Assembly: GCA_051294375.1 (NCBI GenBank)
Contig: CM119267.1
Location: forward strand, 2,098,793-2,162,792
Length of the DNA stretch: 64,000 nucleotides
From: Paraspadella gotoi
Lineage: Eukaryota > Animalia > Chaetognatha
Reading direction: 5' to 3'
The notes beneath the pieces were generated by a model that did not search any database, had not been told where the DNA came from, and was given only the letters and a program-made list of their open reading frames with translations. This document shows, piece after piece, positions 42,501 to 55,784 of this stretch (within the stretch, counting starts at the first letter, position 1; each line of letters starts with the position of its first letter). The position numbers and the translations under genes were made by a program.

Positions 42501-42953
42501 CACCGATGTGACGCCCGAAGGAGACGCGTCTGTTCCTCAACATTCGCGTTTGACGCGTCTCTGCACTCGCGTCCAATTCAGGATCGCGTTCTTCCTGAGA
42601 GAACGAGACCGAACAAAAATAACCATATGAAACCATTAAACGTAATACTGATAAAGTAATTTTACTTTCAAACGGGCTAATACTTCCCTAGTTAACCTTG
42701 CTTTTAGTACAGCTTATTATTAGGGCAAATTAAGGTCGTTTTTTTAAAACAAGATTATTTCCCAGTAATGATATTAATTGTCATTAATTCGTTTATCGTC
42801 TGAGCAAACCTGATTCTCCTTTTCCTCGAGGGCGTGGCGTCTTGCCTCCCCAGCCGCATTCGCCTCGCCCCCATCTTTCTCCGCGGCTCCGTCAATGGCA
42901 GAGTTACTCGACTTATTCCGCTTAAGAATCGAGCCTCGACGTTTCTTACCCAT
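35458..42953 (-). CDS. KNL1: Kinetochore scaffold KNL1/Spc105-like, multi-exon
   Basis: N-terminal RRGSILK and RRVSFG PP1-docking motifs, an acidic disordered middle with degenerate MELT-like motifs (VEMSLDE, ADMSISP, AEMSVVS, AEMSLLG), a coiled coil at 37700-38130 and globular C-terminal exons. Joining of the 3' exons (35458-38620) is inferred from in-phase splice sites. Confidence 0.75.
40185..40495 (-). repeat. About 95-bp tandem repeat inside a KNL1 exon, encoding Pro/Ala/Ser-rich units
   Basis: About three copies of GAGAGGACCCGAGGAGAC.GGAGCAGGAGGGGCGAGTG...GGAGCAACAGGATCGGAGGAG; the frame slips at G-runs. Confidence 0.8.
42155..42330 (+). mobile_element. tRNA-derived SINE-like element (copy with internal deletion)
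   Basis: Reverse-complement match to 48793-49026 and 57812-58045; A-box-like TGGTGCCGGAGG and B-box-like GGTTCTAGCC. Confidence 0.65.
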
Positions 42954-43169
42954 TCTCAATCAGAGACGAAGATTTGGAATCAAACTAAACACTATCGAGG
43001 AATGAGAAAACAACTAGAGATGAAAACGGCGCGCAAAGTTAATTAATCTCAAGTATTCGAGAAATACATTTATCACGGTCGAAAATAAAGAAAGACTACG
43101 CATTACATTAAGTTTTTCATTGTTAGTCCAAAATAATCTCAGGAATTAGGGATCGATTCTGCGACGACT

Positions 43170-43858
43170 TTAGCATTCGCCACAATCAGCGATCTCCACG
43201 ACCTTGGAGCATTTTCCCGATTGGGTTCCCACCGCCTCCATCTGCTTGAGAATTTCCAGTCCTTGGGTCACCTGAAATACAAGATAAGTATTTATTGATA
43301 AATAGATTGTGAGCGAAAAATGAATTAAAAATGGAGAAATGGAGTGAGGGACTGACCCGGCCAAAGACGACGTGCTTGCCATCCAGCCAAGAAGTCTTGG
43401 CCGTGCACATGAAGAACTGACTCCCGTTGGTGTTGGGGCCGGAGTTGGCCATGGACAGGACACCCAGACCCGTGTGCTTCTGGCAGAAATTTTCGTCGTT
43501 GAATTTCTCGCCGTAGATAGACTTTCCTCCGGTTCCGTTGCCTTAAACAATTATAAATATTACATTTTTATATTATATTAAATAATACGTCAAGAGTTCA
43601 AAAGTCTTAACCGATTGAGTAGAAACTTGCAAGAATTATTTCTGACTTACCTCGGGTGAAGTCGCCGCCCTGGCACATGAACCCAGGGATAATGCGGTGA
43701 AACTTGGAGCCCTTGTAGCCGAAGCCTTTCTCTCCGGTGCAGAGAGCGCGGAAGTTCTCGCTCGTCCTGGGGCAAACGTCCTTGTCCAGCGTCATGATGA
43801 TGCGCCCGGCACAGGACGTCCCGATGTTGATGTCGAAGTAGACGTTGGTTTTGGCCAT
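43170..43858 (-). CDS. Cyclophilin A-type peptidyl-prolyl isomerase
   Basis: [50 protein letters not shown] and [10 protein letters not shown]. 3 exons. Confidence 0.96.
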
Positions 43859-45427
43859 TTTCAATTCGGTCGATGTGAAGACGAAATGAGATTTAAAGTG
43901 AAAGTTGGAAAGACAATTGAGGGAACTAAAAATTAAAATAAGAATAAAAAATAATAATTATACCTAATAATTAATAATAATCGTGACGGTGTATACAAAT
44001 TAGACAGAAAAGAGTACGATATAAAAAGACAACGACAATTTCAGATTGGAACACGAACGGCATGACCAATTGCCAAATGCGGTCGTGGCCGTGACAGAGT
44101 CAAAGCGGATGCAGACTTAGTTCGGGAATAAGTGAAAATTTCCTGGAGAAAGAGAAGAGAGTCAGGCTTATTACAATGAAAAGAAAGGAATAAAAAGAGA
44201 TAAAGAGAGGTGAGAAAAGAGAAGAAGAAAGAGAGGAAGCCCAAAGGGAAGAGACCTTTTGCCGCCAAAGTTTTGATTCCGTTGATTTTTGCCGGGCGGA
44301 GGAGGAGGAGGAGGAGGATGTCCTACGCGGGAGAAGAGAGAGGGCAGCAGGGGAGGGAGGGAAGGCAGGGGATGAACAAAAGGACAAAGGGGATGGCCTC
44401 ATTTAGAAATTTATGAATTTCCGACCACATGAAAGATCGTTTCGAAGCTGCCTTGATAACGGCGTACGATGCATCAAGCTGTTAGGACCCACCGGTCCGT
44501 CCTAAAACGCAGCGATAATATTCGAGGAAACTTCCATCCTAAAACGCCCCCGATAATATTCGAAGAAACTCTTCCATCCCGCCGAGATGCTGAGGGAGTC
44601 CAGAGATGCTTCAAAGGCATGTTTTGGCGGCTTGATCAGATCGACGATCAAATAGTTTCTCTTTCTCTTTGAGTTTATGAAGAGTTTAAAAAGGTTACCT
44701 TTATAAAAATAAAGAAAATAAATATTCAAACAAACAAACAGTAAAATCATTATTTAAACATTCAAAAGAATTACAAAAATCAGTATAAATTCAGAAACCA
44801 TTACTAAAAGAATAGTGAATCTCGGCGAAAAGACTGAATAGTAACGAACGACGGCAGCACGAATGATGAAACGATCCAAAACGAAAAGTAAAGTCCGAAC
44901 GAGTCTTCGGTTTTAACAATCGAAGCCATGCAACGCGAGGGGGAACCACGCGGCCCAAAACAGATACTACTATATTATATTCTATTTTATTCTCTTTCAC
45001 TCTCCTTCACTCACTTTTCCTCAGCCTTAACCTATTCTTTATTACCACTATCCTTTTCTCAATTCTTTGTTGGAAACTTAAATATACATATATATACATA
45101 TCTATCTCTCTCTCTCTCTCTGAAGAAAATAGTACGCCTCGCCTGCCTATAATTTTCCGTCTCTCTCTTTCTCTCATACATTTCGCTTGAACTATCTGTG
45201 TCGCGTTCAGCCAATTTTCGCCGGTCTTTTTTATATGATTTTTAAATTGAAATTTGGAGAGAGATGAGTCGAATCTTTAGTCCTTTTACGGGTTTCCGAT
45301 GGATATTTTTTGATAATAAATTTTTAAAGACAACAGAATTCTTATTCTTAAAGAAGCCCATGTTAAACAGTTCGAGCGGGAGACGTTTGGAAGATAGTCT
45401 CCATTAGCGTGAGAGTAAACAATCTCA

Positions 45428-45492
<65 letters not shown>

Positions 45493-46275
45493 CAAACTTC
45501 AAAGTCTGTGAAAAATTTTTTTTCACAAATCAATTCGTTTTTTGCGCTTATGAAAGCTCACATTAAAGCCGAAAAATGTCCGAAATTTATGTCTCTTAAT
45601 AAAACTCGTTGTACGTTAACAAACAATTCATTCTCTATCTCAAACAAATAACGCAACGAAATGAAAGAAAAACAAACAATGTATATTGTATTATATAATT
45701 GGAATGTAAAATATTAACTTTAAACAATTTATAGATTAAAAATAAAGTTTATCATGAGTTAGATGGATCACTCATTCAGTCAATCATAGGATTTTCACTC
45801 GATATTTGGGTTTAATCCTCGAATAAGTAAATTTTTGACAAACTTTCTTCCGCCGAGTCGAGATATAGTACACCTCATGAATAAAATAGTAATTGGTAAC
45901 GTAACAAAGTCTGATTAACTCCTGCCGTGACCAGAATCTGTTCAATCCGGAAACTTAATCGAAAATATTTCATGACGAACCCGACGAATGAGATGTTCTC
46001 GAGAGTCTGGACCTTCCGTGTTCGTGTCTCATGTTAATTTCGTCTCTTCTCAATCTTAAATTTACATTCCAGCACAATTGGAAAGTTTTATAAGTTATAT
46101 AAGACATAGGATATAATAAAATTTGTAAAAAAACCCGTACAATTTTTACCCACGCCTGGAGCCCTTCTATCCTTAAAAAGGAAAAAAAAACCTTAAACCG
46201 AGAAAACTTTTGACAAATCGATTGAAATAATTACAAACTTACTTCCTTTTCCACAAAAAAAAAGTAAAAAAAAAA

Positions 46276-47598
46276 ATGATACTTAACAGGAATGGAATTC
46301 GATTCGTCGTATCGATTTTCGTCCTCGGATTCGCGATTTTCGTTTACGATCGAATTTTCGCCTCGACTGGATTTCGTTATGACCTTTCGACGCCGGGTGA
46401 GAAAAATGGGGCCGACTCGAAGCGCGCCGGTTTGGTTGAATCCAGGGACGCAAAGAGGCGCGCCGACAACCCGGCCTCGATCTGGACTGGAGCAAAAATT
46501 ACATCGTGGTCATCGACTTTCTTCCGTTTCGCGCAAAGGAAAGAGGCGTCCAAAGCTGCCGCGCCCCCCGACGACGCGCCCGTCTCTCGCCGCAAACTCA
46601 TCCTCTTCTGGACGACTTTCTGGGAACATAGCGACTATTACTTCGGGTTCGGTTCCAAGCCTTTCGTCGATCACGGTTGCCAGGAGACGCGATGCGAGAC
46701 CACAAACAACCGAAGTCGATTGAGCGAAGCCGACGCCGTCATCTTTCATCCCATCAACATTTACCACAAGCGAGACCCCAAGTCTCTCGTCAAAGACTTT
46801 GACTTTCCCGCTTTCAAACCCGCCAATCAACGATGGATTTTCTACAACGTCGAACCGCCCACTATCGCTTTCCGACACTTGGACTGGCCTAAATTCAATT
46901 CCGATGATTTCGGTCCTATCTTTAATTGGACGATGACCTACAGACAAAACAGCGACGTTCCGATTCCACACGGTTTGACGATCAAGAAGGAAAAAGAGGA
47001 GAAAGGGGATGAGATCAACTACGCCGCCAACAAGACGAGATGGGCCGCTTGGTTCGTCAGCCACTGTCACCCTCCGAGCAAGAGAGAAAAGTACGTGGAG
47101 CAACTCAAGCGCCACCTGCCCGTCGACATCTTCGGGAAATGCGGCGACAAAAAATGTTCGCACTCTCGTATGAAACGATGCTCGGCGATGTTATCTCGTC
47201 ATTACAAGTTTTATCTCTCTTTCGAAAATTCTCTCTGTCGCGATTACGTGACCGATAAATTTTGGCGGGTTTTGGCTCAGACGACGTCGGTCCCAATCGT
47301 ACTCGGGGCCGCCGACTACGCCGCTTTAGCTCCGCCCGGATCTTTCATCGACGCCCGGAAGTTTAGCCCGAAGGAGTTGGCCGATTATTTGAAGAGCATC
47401 GACGAAAAACGGTACAACGAGTTCCACTCTTGGAGGAAGAACTACGAGGTGTTGGAGGAATGGGTTCCTGAAGGATTCTGTCGTCTCTGCGATCATCTGA
47501 ACCGGAGGAGCGGAGATCCGCCAAAGTGGTACGAGAAGTTGAAGGATATCTGGTCAGAGGAGAAAGATTGTTATCCTCAACTCATCACGTGGGCATAA
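46276..47598 (+). CDS. Alpha-1,3-fucosyltransferase (GT10), single exon
   Basis: Type II membrane anchor, ILFWT, ADAVIFH, FNWTMTYRQNSD and the motif YKFYLSFENSLCRDYVTDKFW. Confidence 0.93.
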   Translation: MILNRNGIRFVVSIFVLGFAIFVYDRIFASTGFRYDLSTPGEKNGADSKRAGLVESRDAKRRADNPASIWTGAKITSWSSTFFRFAQRKEASKAAAPPDDAPVSRRKLILFWTTFWEHSDYYFGFGSKPFVDHGCQETRCETTNNRSRLSEADAVIFHPINIYHKRDPKSLVKDFDFPAFKPANQRWIFYNVEPPTIAFRHLDWPKFNSDDFGPIFNWTMTYRQNSDVPIPHGLTIKKEKEEKGDEINYAANKTRWAAWFVSHCHPPSKREKYVEQLKRHLPVDIFGKCGDKKCSHSRMKRCSAMLSRHYKFYLSFENSLCRDYVTDKFWRVLAQTTSVPIVLGAADYAALAPPGSFIDARKFSPKELADYLKSIDEKRYNEFHSWRKNYEVLEEWVPEGFCRLCDHLNRRSGDPPKWYEKLKDIWSEEKDCYPQLITWA

Positions 47599-48016
47599 TT
47601 TATAAATTAATATCGAATATTGTCATCGAATCGGATCACATATCAATTCATATTCTATAAGTATAATATACGGATTCATGATTTAAGAAATTTTATTTTT
47701 TAAATTTTTTTTGTTCATCGATTATGTAGCAGATAAATTTGTGGGTTATTTCAAATGAGATATAGTTTCTTAATCTCATTTGCATATTGTAGTATTCTGA
47801 TTAAGCTTCGAGAAATTTTTATTCTATAGCCCTGAAGGTTTAATTTTTTTTTTCTTAATGCATTACCCGGCCTCAAGTTAAATCTTATTTTATTGAATTT
47901 AACTTTGTCTAATCTCGCGTGGATCTGCGCTGACCGAATGGAAACCAATATTTTTTTTTTATTCTTCAATCCAATTGAAAAATTTTCAAAATCGACATTC
48001 AAATTTCAAAATTGTC

Positions 48017-49455
48017 TTATTCGGCGGAGGGCATGCAGCGGAGGTTTTCGAAAGCCGCTTTCTCCAACGCCTCGCGATGATTCGGATGCGATATCTGGAT
48101 GAGCGCGTGCGCCCTCTGTCGGAGCGTCCGTCCGAACAAATGAGCGATCCCGAATTCCGTCACGACGTAGTGGACGTGGTTACGCGTCGTCACGACACCT
48201 GGAGGACGGAATTAATTCATCTCGATTTAAGCAATGTGTCACCCACTGGGCCAATCAAAACACGTCATTGAAATATTATTGTACAACATTGACAAGGAAG
48301 ATAGGTGTTCTAGTAAATTAAAAATAAACAATTAAACTGTAACAGTCCGGCTACGAGGAAGGAGCAGGGCGTTAACCTGGAGGCCCTTTTTCAAAATATA
48401 AAATTGTTTACGAGATAGGCGGACAGAGGAAGGAGCAGGGCGTTAACCTGGAGGCCCTTTTTCAAAATATAACATTGTGGATGGTGGCCTGAAGCCTATC
48501 GCTACCTATCCTGTCGCTACCTGCGCCTGGCTTAAGTGTAGGCACGATTTTGGACTCTCCCTTGTTCGTTGTCGAGTGCAGAGCTATGATCGGCTTCCCG
48601 AGACCGTCTTCAGCTTGAGCTGCACCGCGAATGAAGTCAATCTGCCCGCCGACGCCTGAGTACGGAATTGCGAGATTTTAAAACGAATATTAAGTCTTAG
48701 ATTTAATTAATATTTATTTCAAATTTAATAATGTAGTGGGCAGAGGGATGACAGTGTTGTCTTCTGGAAATTGAGGCAGCATCTGTACAACGTGAAGAGA
48801 CAGTGATAATTGTTATGTGTTAGTGACAGAACCGTTCAATATAAGCAGTCCCTGAGCTTCGGATCAGGCTGTAACACCATGTTACAGGCGGGTTAAGCGC
48901 CCCGTCCCTCTTAACTGCTAGGCGGCCACCAGGCTAGAACCCCGGACCTTTGGGTTGGGAGGCGAATGACTTGCCTCCGGCACCAATGACCACTGATGAA
49001 CGGTTGGTGGATTTTAGTCCACCATAAACGCAAGGTTAACAATTTTTTTCTGCATATTCATTATTCATATGATGTCCATATCTCATTTAAGTGTGAAGAA
49101 AAAACCCTAAAACTACATAATTCTGTAAAGAAATGGCGGGCCCCTCGGTTTTGTGGAGTGGGTCTTGTGTCAATCACTCGACATGCCCCAGCCCCTCACT
49201 CTAAAAAAAAATGACCCGGACCCACTCGAACACTTTGTACCCGAAAACATCCTCGTCCCAATGGAGTCGGCGCAGACTTGTCCGGTCAAGTCGACTTCGA
49301 TGCAAGAGTTGATCGCCGTCACCCGCGGATTTCGTCCGATGACCCGAGTATCGTTCACCCAATCGATTCGATCCAAAACAACGAATGGATTTCGATCGAC
49401 GAGCGAAAAGATTTTTTCGCTTCCGACGATAAAACTTGAAAGGATTTTGCCTGGA

Positions 49456-49494
<39 letters not shown>

Positions 49495-52400
49495 TGTTTT
49501 GGATAGAGGGAGTTTTACAATAAAATATTAAATCATTAAGTTTACTCCCTTCATTCTATTTTTACAAATTTATAAATATTGAATAAGCTCGTTGCACTAT
49601 TGTTATTTTTAATTGTGCCGCGAGTACTGAAATTTCGGTCTCTCTGTCTGTTGGTCTGTTCGATTTATGTTTCAAATTAATCTATTTGTCTGTCCGTTTT
49701 ATGTTTCAAAAGCTTATAACTCTATAAGCTAATAATGTATCTTTTTAGCTATTACTTAGTAGGAAGGTTATAACTATGAGACATAACGAGAAATTAAATG
49801 CGGCATAGTTCTGATTCGTTTTAGTTAATACAAAGAAAGAACAGGATCATTAATCGCTTATTTTAGCCAATGTAACCATGTAGAAATGTGTTTAGGTTAT
49901 TAGAAAGACTTGGCATTTTTAGTTTATACTTTACAGTTAACAGGTATGATGTCTGACCTCTGTAAATGTTCTTCTTTGAGTTATTTATGACTCCGCTTTT
50001 AACGAGTGGCTCAACACCGTCCGTAAACATTTCAGTGTGAATCCCGAGATCTTTGTGATTCTTCAACGCGGATAACACGGCGTCAGGAATGGCGCCGATG
50101 CCCATCTGTGAATTATGAAAGCGATAGGTGAATTTGTGGATTACTCTCTCTCTCTCTCTCTCTAGCCTGCAAGGTGGCGCCATCCTCGACCAGATTTTCA
50201 GCAACGATCTTCCCAATCGCTTCGTCCGCGTCGGAGAGTTGCGGCACAGGGATCGTGTGCATCTTTTCGTCCTGAAGGCGAAACAACGCGATCGATTCTC
50301 TTCGACAATAATTAACTCTTGTTGTTGTTGTTGTTGTTTTACCTTATAGACGAGAGCGTCGAGATGAGACACGTGAATAATTCCGTCGCCGTAAGTGAAC
50401 GGAAGTTTCGCATTCACTTGTCCTGTGAATGGAAGTGAAATTGTGTCAAGTTTTAGTTCGATAATTTCGTTCAAACGATTAACTAGACAGATTCAGTTAT
50501 TAAGGCCCTAGAACGAAAACGAAAACGCAAACATAAAATATGCAATTAAAACAAAAAAAAAAAAAACTTTCCATTTAAAACCCGACACAAACCGCCCCCC
50601 CTTAAAAAAAACAAATAAGGCGACCAGACCTACGATGAACTTGGCAGTTTGCACGGCCGCTCTGGTACAATCAACGCTGGTGCCCAGACTGCAGAATCCG
50701 TGATCGTCAGGGGGCGTGACGGAAACAAGCGCGATGTCGGGACGAATTATTTCGCGGTAGAAAAGTTTTGGAATTTCGCCGAGAAAAACCGGGATGTAGT
50801 CGCCTCGACCTGGAATCAGAATTGGAGCGCCGGGGCGGGAGGGGGGGGTTGAATGAAAACTGAATCCAAGTAAAAATTCGGCTCTCTTTTCTGAGAGCGC
50901 CCCATTTTTGAATTTAAAATTTAACTTTAATAATTAACCCAAATCTGTTACCAAACCCTAATCCCTAACCTAACCCTTAATCTAAATCCATAACCATAAC
51001 TTAATCTAACGTTAATTTAATCCTAATCCTAATTTATTCCTTAAGCTTAATCCTTGACTTAATCCTTAACCATATTTTTTAACTTAATCCTTAAACCTAA
51101 ACAGAAAGAACGGATAGGTTTGGCCAGCATGCACCGTTTCCTCATCATTTCTCCTCATCCTCCTCCCCCTCCTCCCGGAGATCCAGGCTCGAGTCCGGGG
51201 TTTAGGTTTTTCATTCACACTCTTTCCTCTCTTTCTCTCTCACCGTCCCTCTCCCGTTCAGTTTCTGTTACCCTTTTCTTTTACCACTGACTTACCCGCT
51301 TACAATATACATTTCCCTTTCCCACCATTTTCCTCGTCCTTACTTACTTAGACTTAGTCAGACCTACCCGACCTAAAACCTAAAAATTAACTTAATTCCA
51401 AATTCAAGATGAAATTGGAACGTTCTGGTAAAATAGGGCCGAAAAAGCTCATCCCTTCCTCTCTTTTTATAGTTGATTACTTTCTTTTACTTACTCTCCT
51501 TCCCTTACTTACTCTTCCTTACTTTTCTTCATCCTCCACTTTTTACACTTCTCTCATTTTTATCCTTACCTCTCCTCACCCTTGCCTAACTCTTCCTTAC
51601 TTTTTCTCAACTTCTAAGTTTCCCGTTACTCACCCTCCCTTACCTTCGTTGACGGCCTTTCTGGCATTCTTTGCGATGAAGAGGTTGACGGACCTAAAGA
51701 TGCCTTCATATTCGGGAAGCATGTAAGTCCCTGGTCCTTCTGTGTGGATGTGAAAAACCTGACGTAATAAAAGAAGTAATAAAATTTAGTTTTGTTTCAG
51801 ATTAAATAATTACAAGTAATTTAAAAGTTTTCTGAACTATGTATAAAGAAATAAACCCACTCATCAAACAGTATTTAATCTACGGCGTGACGGCGTAATG
51901 ATTAGCTTGATGTTTTTTTTTTCTCACGCTGGCGATATCCCTTGTGATTTAACCAGAACAAACTGATCAACGTGAATTCCAAATTTAAGGAAATCGAGAA
52001 TTGAATATTAAATTTAAAACTTTAATTCTCGCAAATAATAGTCTGTCGGAATGTCGTAACAACTAAGTTTCTTGTGGTTTTAATTGATTTCATGAATGAG
52101 AATAAAAATTGCAGGGGAAATTTCTCAGTTCGAGACACGGTTAAATTCGGAAAGAAAGAAAACAAATAAATGACTAGGAGGAGGAATATCATTTAGTTTT
52201 TTTTAACATGGACAGTTGCTATAACAAATTTAAATATTTTCTTCATAATTGATTAATTGACAATTCTACCTTGACATCTTTAAGTTTGCTATTCAGCCCA
52301 TGATCCGCCAACGCGTTGACCAGGTGAGCAGGGGTAGCCGAAGTCCCGTGCATGAAGACGCTGTCGCCTGAAAGACGCACGTTATTTTAATTTACATTAT

Positions 52401-53043
52401 TTATCAATATATCTGCAGTATTTTATTGGATATTTTTTGTTATTTCTCATATTTGAAACGCAAGGGAACTGACTCTGTGAGAAGGTTTTAGAACGAGAAG
52501 AGATCATTGAAATCATGCTATTCTCTAAAGTATAGAATTATCTGTTCTTTGTCCAATTAGGAATTACTTCAAAATCAAATAGTATTGAGAGTTGGTTACA
52601 TAAGTTTTGATGATAAAGGCTTTATCATCAAAGCTTTATCATTGAAGCGGTTAACAATGGGTTCCAGTTTACTTTTTTTACTAACAGTTGATAAAATTAT
52701 GATATAACTTCGATATTGATTGAAAACTTGCTGCGTTATTAATTGAATGTATATTTCATAATAATCTTTAAATCATTTCTCATTGTTTACCGGACTTGAC
52801 TCTTCCCACCGCCTCGGACGCCGACATCCTTTCCGGCTTCTTTCCTCCATTGGGCGCCGCCGGTTCTCTCAAAACGGCGCCGGTCGGAAGTGAGGTCGAC
52901 AGTGGGCGCGCCGCTTTGACGTCGAAAGTCATGACGGGGCCGAGGACGCGACAGGCGCTCGTCTCTTGTCTCGTCGCCTGATTCAAAGGCCTGGACAACA
53001 GTCGCCGCCATTGCTGAGCTGTCGGGAGGAAACCACGAGTCAA
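48017..53043 (-). CDS. Acetyl-CoA hydrolase / family I CoA-transferase (ASCT-like); start uncertain, one apparent frameshift near 50750
   Basis: GATLQMGIGAIPDAVL, DLGIHTEMF, AINSCIEVDLTGQVCADSIG, SGVGGQIDFI and HPEFR. The Arg-rich N-terminus resembles a mitochondrial transit peptide. Confidence 0.88.
48355..48472. repeat. Two-copy ~71-bp tandem duplication in an intron
   Basis: GAGGAAGGAGCAGGGCGTTAACCTGGAGGCCCTTTTTCAAAATATAA occurs twice. Confidence 0.85.
48793..49026 (-). mobile_element. tRNA-derived SINE-like element
   Basis: Near-identical to 57812-58045; Pol III box-like motifs on the minus strand. Confidence 0.7.
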
Positions 53044-53769
53044 AGAATAATTTCAATTTGAAAAAAAAAAAATTAAGTTTTGTATATCTTAAATTCGAAA
53101 CAAAAAAATTCATCATGTTGTAACTGAATTGAGAGTAAGAAATACAATGTTGAGATACTTATATTTTTAAAAAAAGTTAAAAAAACATTTATGAAAAAAA
53201 AAATATTTGTAAAAAAATACCGTGTCGGAAAATTGTTCCGTTACTGGTCATCTCGACGTCAAATGAAAATCGTTTCGCTGTCGAATCTTTTCTCTCTTAT
53301 CTCTAGTGACAAAATCGAGATTTGAAAATTTTTAACTGATAAGAAAAATGTCTAAAACTTTGCACAGAGTCTGTACGTACCCGAAAGGACGGACGGGCGG
53401 ACAAAGAGGAAGAATCTATTCTGATATACGTACGTTTACTATTCCCATCTGACAACACACCAAGTTTTGTTGGTTAATCAAATTGATGAATGAAGAATTT
53501 TTTTCACCAATTTTTTTTGTCATTACTAAATAATCATTTACTAAAATATTAAAATAAATAAATAACTAATTAATAATTTTTTTTAATACTAGAGTCTAAA
53601 CAGTTAACTAAGTTTATGAACATTTTTATCAAAATCACGGTAAAACATTTCCATTTTATTGCAATTTAAACACGAAAAAAAAAGGCGCAACAAAATAATC
53701 ATTCAATTAAAAAATCAAATCAAAACGATTCATTCGATTTGGTGAAATTCCAAGATTTGGTGAGATTCA

Positions 53770-55734
53770 CTCAAAGATGAACGACACGATCACGTGACCT
53801 CACCATTCTCTCGTCGATGCGAAGACGGCGTTGACGATGCTGACCGCTCAAACCCTCGACGTCTCTGAGGAAACAAAAATTAAAACAAAATAACAAAACA
53901 ATTTCATCCTAAAGCGAAAGGCGACTGACCGTTCAACTGTTTGGTTTCGCTCGGTGTCTTTGCGATAAGCTTCTTGGCAAGCTAATATATGACGCTAATA
54001 TTAAAATAATGAGAAACGAATATAATTTTTAAAAAATCGTATCTCTTCAACATCAAATTACCTTTAAAGTTTCCCCGGCACAAAAAGCCAAAACTTCAAA
54101 AAAGATGATTGAACCTTTGAGGGATAAACAAACGTTTAGTCATCAGTTGAAGCGAAATACACAAATAAGTCAAAACTCACAAGTATTGAAGTACTATGAA
54201 CGAAGCCGCCTTATCAAGGACATATCATGCAGCCAACTCGTATTAACTGCCCGAGACGGTGACCACCGAGGGTCCGAAAACCGAACCAGACCCAAGGAAT
54301 GAACCCCAAGACGAACCCAAGACGGCGGCGACGACGAAGATCCTCGACGAAAACCAACGACCGACGGCGACTGCGCAATCATCTTCGTAGATGGCGTTCC
54401 TCGATGCGTCCAACGATTTGACGACACCCAAGCGTCGCTTCGGCGGGAATTCCATCCTTTATGATGATAAAATATTTATATGGCAACGGGGGGACATGTG
54501 TGATGCCCGGGGTGTGAGGCATTTCCCGACAGCTGGATCTCAGGGCTTTAGACCTGCAGCGACCACCCCATGTCACTGGCGTGTTTATGCAGACACCATC
54601 ACGCTTTAACCAGTGTGACTCGGAACTCACGGTTGGTGTCCAAGCCAATGGGATGAGCTTAGTTTCACCAATCTATACGGGAGGCGAATTTAGGATTCGC
54701 CACAATTCATTATTTAAAAAAAAAGTTTTGTGAAAGGCGTTGGTGCGAGCCAAAGTCCGTTGCGCAAAAGTTTACATCGCTACACTTAGGTATTTTAATT
54801 GCGTGAATCAGTAGGGCGCGAACCCGAGTCCTTGGGGATGGGACGAGTACGTGCTTGCAGATTCTCGGATGAGTTGCGGGGTAATAACAACTTTTATAAG
54901 TACTACTTGAATATCATTCTGTACATAAGATAAGGCGCTGTGTGGTCTGAAGAGTGCTATCCGCAACTTCTTTAAACCCCCTCTAGTCTAGTCCCCATGG
55001 AACGGGTCCTGGGCTTGGAATCAGGCTTGAGGGTTTTCCACGCCCCACAAGGAGGATTACGGCCGTCGTCAAGCTTCCCGTAGGGGAGGTACCGGGTTGG
55101 GATTGAACTCAGTACCTTGTAGTCAGGAGCTGGCGGCTTTACCGAATGACCCACCAATGACCCAAGCGGGGTGAACTTATGCAATGCCCGACTACAATTC
55201 ACAAATTGCCAATAAACTTCATCCTAATCTTTTGACTTTCACTTACCCGTCAGCGTCGAGCGCGTCTCTTCCGCATTTCAGCAAACAATCGAGGCATTTC
55301 CGGCGGACGTCAGAAAGGTAAGTTTTACAGCAGGAGGATGGAACGCTGCAGCGGAACGGGCCTGTGAAATGAGAAAGTGATGCGTAGGATGAGGTAAAGC
55401 TTCCAACTTCCTCACCCGTATTTAATCACCCAAATTCCTCTCGTCACAAACGAAGTCGTTATGTTGATTCCAAATGTCACGTGATCGTCGACCGGCAATC
55501 GAGACTCCGCAACATTGAAAGAAAGACTGAACGAAATCCAGCAAGAGGGTCACGTCCTCGTAAGAGTAATACTCTTCGATTTTCGACTGTGAAGTTGAAT
55601 GAGATGTGAGACGTTTAAATCTAGAAGAAGTGTGATGTACTCGTAGTAGCGATACATTTCAACTTTGGCCTGTGGAGTTGGTTAAAATGTGAAATGTGAA
55701 ATCAAAGATTAGTTGATGGTAAACATGAAACTCA

Positions 55735-55784
<50 letters not shown>

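Noticed and set aside
48900-49000. Genuine tRNA gene
   Set aside because: Degenerate cloverleaf embedded in a three-copy dispersed repeat; treated as SINE-like.
50740-50760. Frameshifts in otherwise intact genes as programmed frameshifting or RNA editing
   Set aside because: They fall in short homopolymers across unrelated genes, consistent with long-read indel errors.
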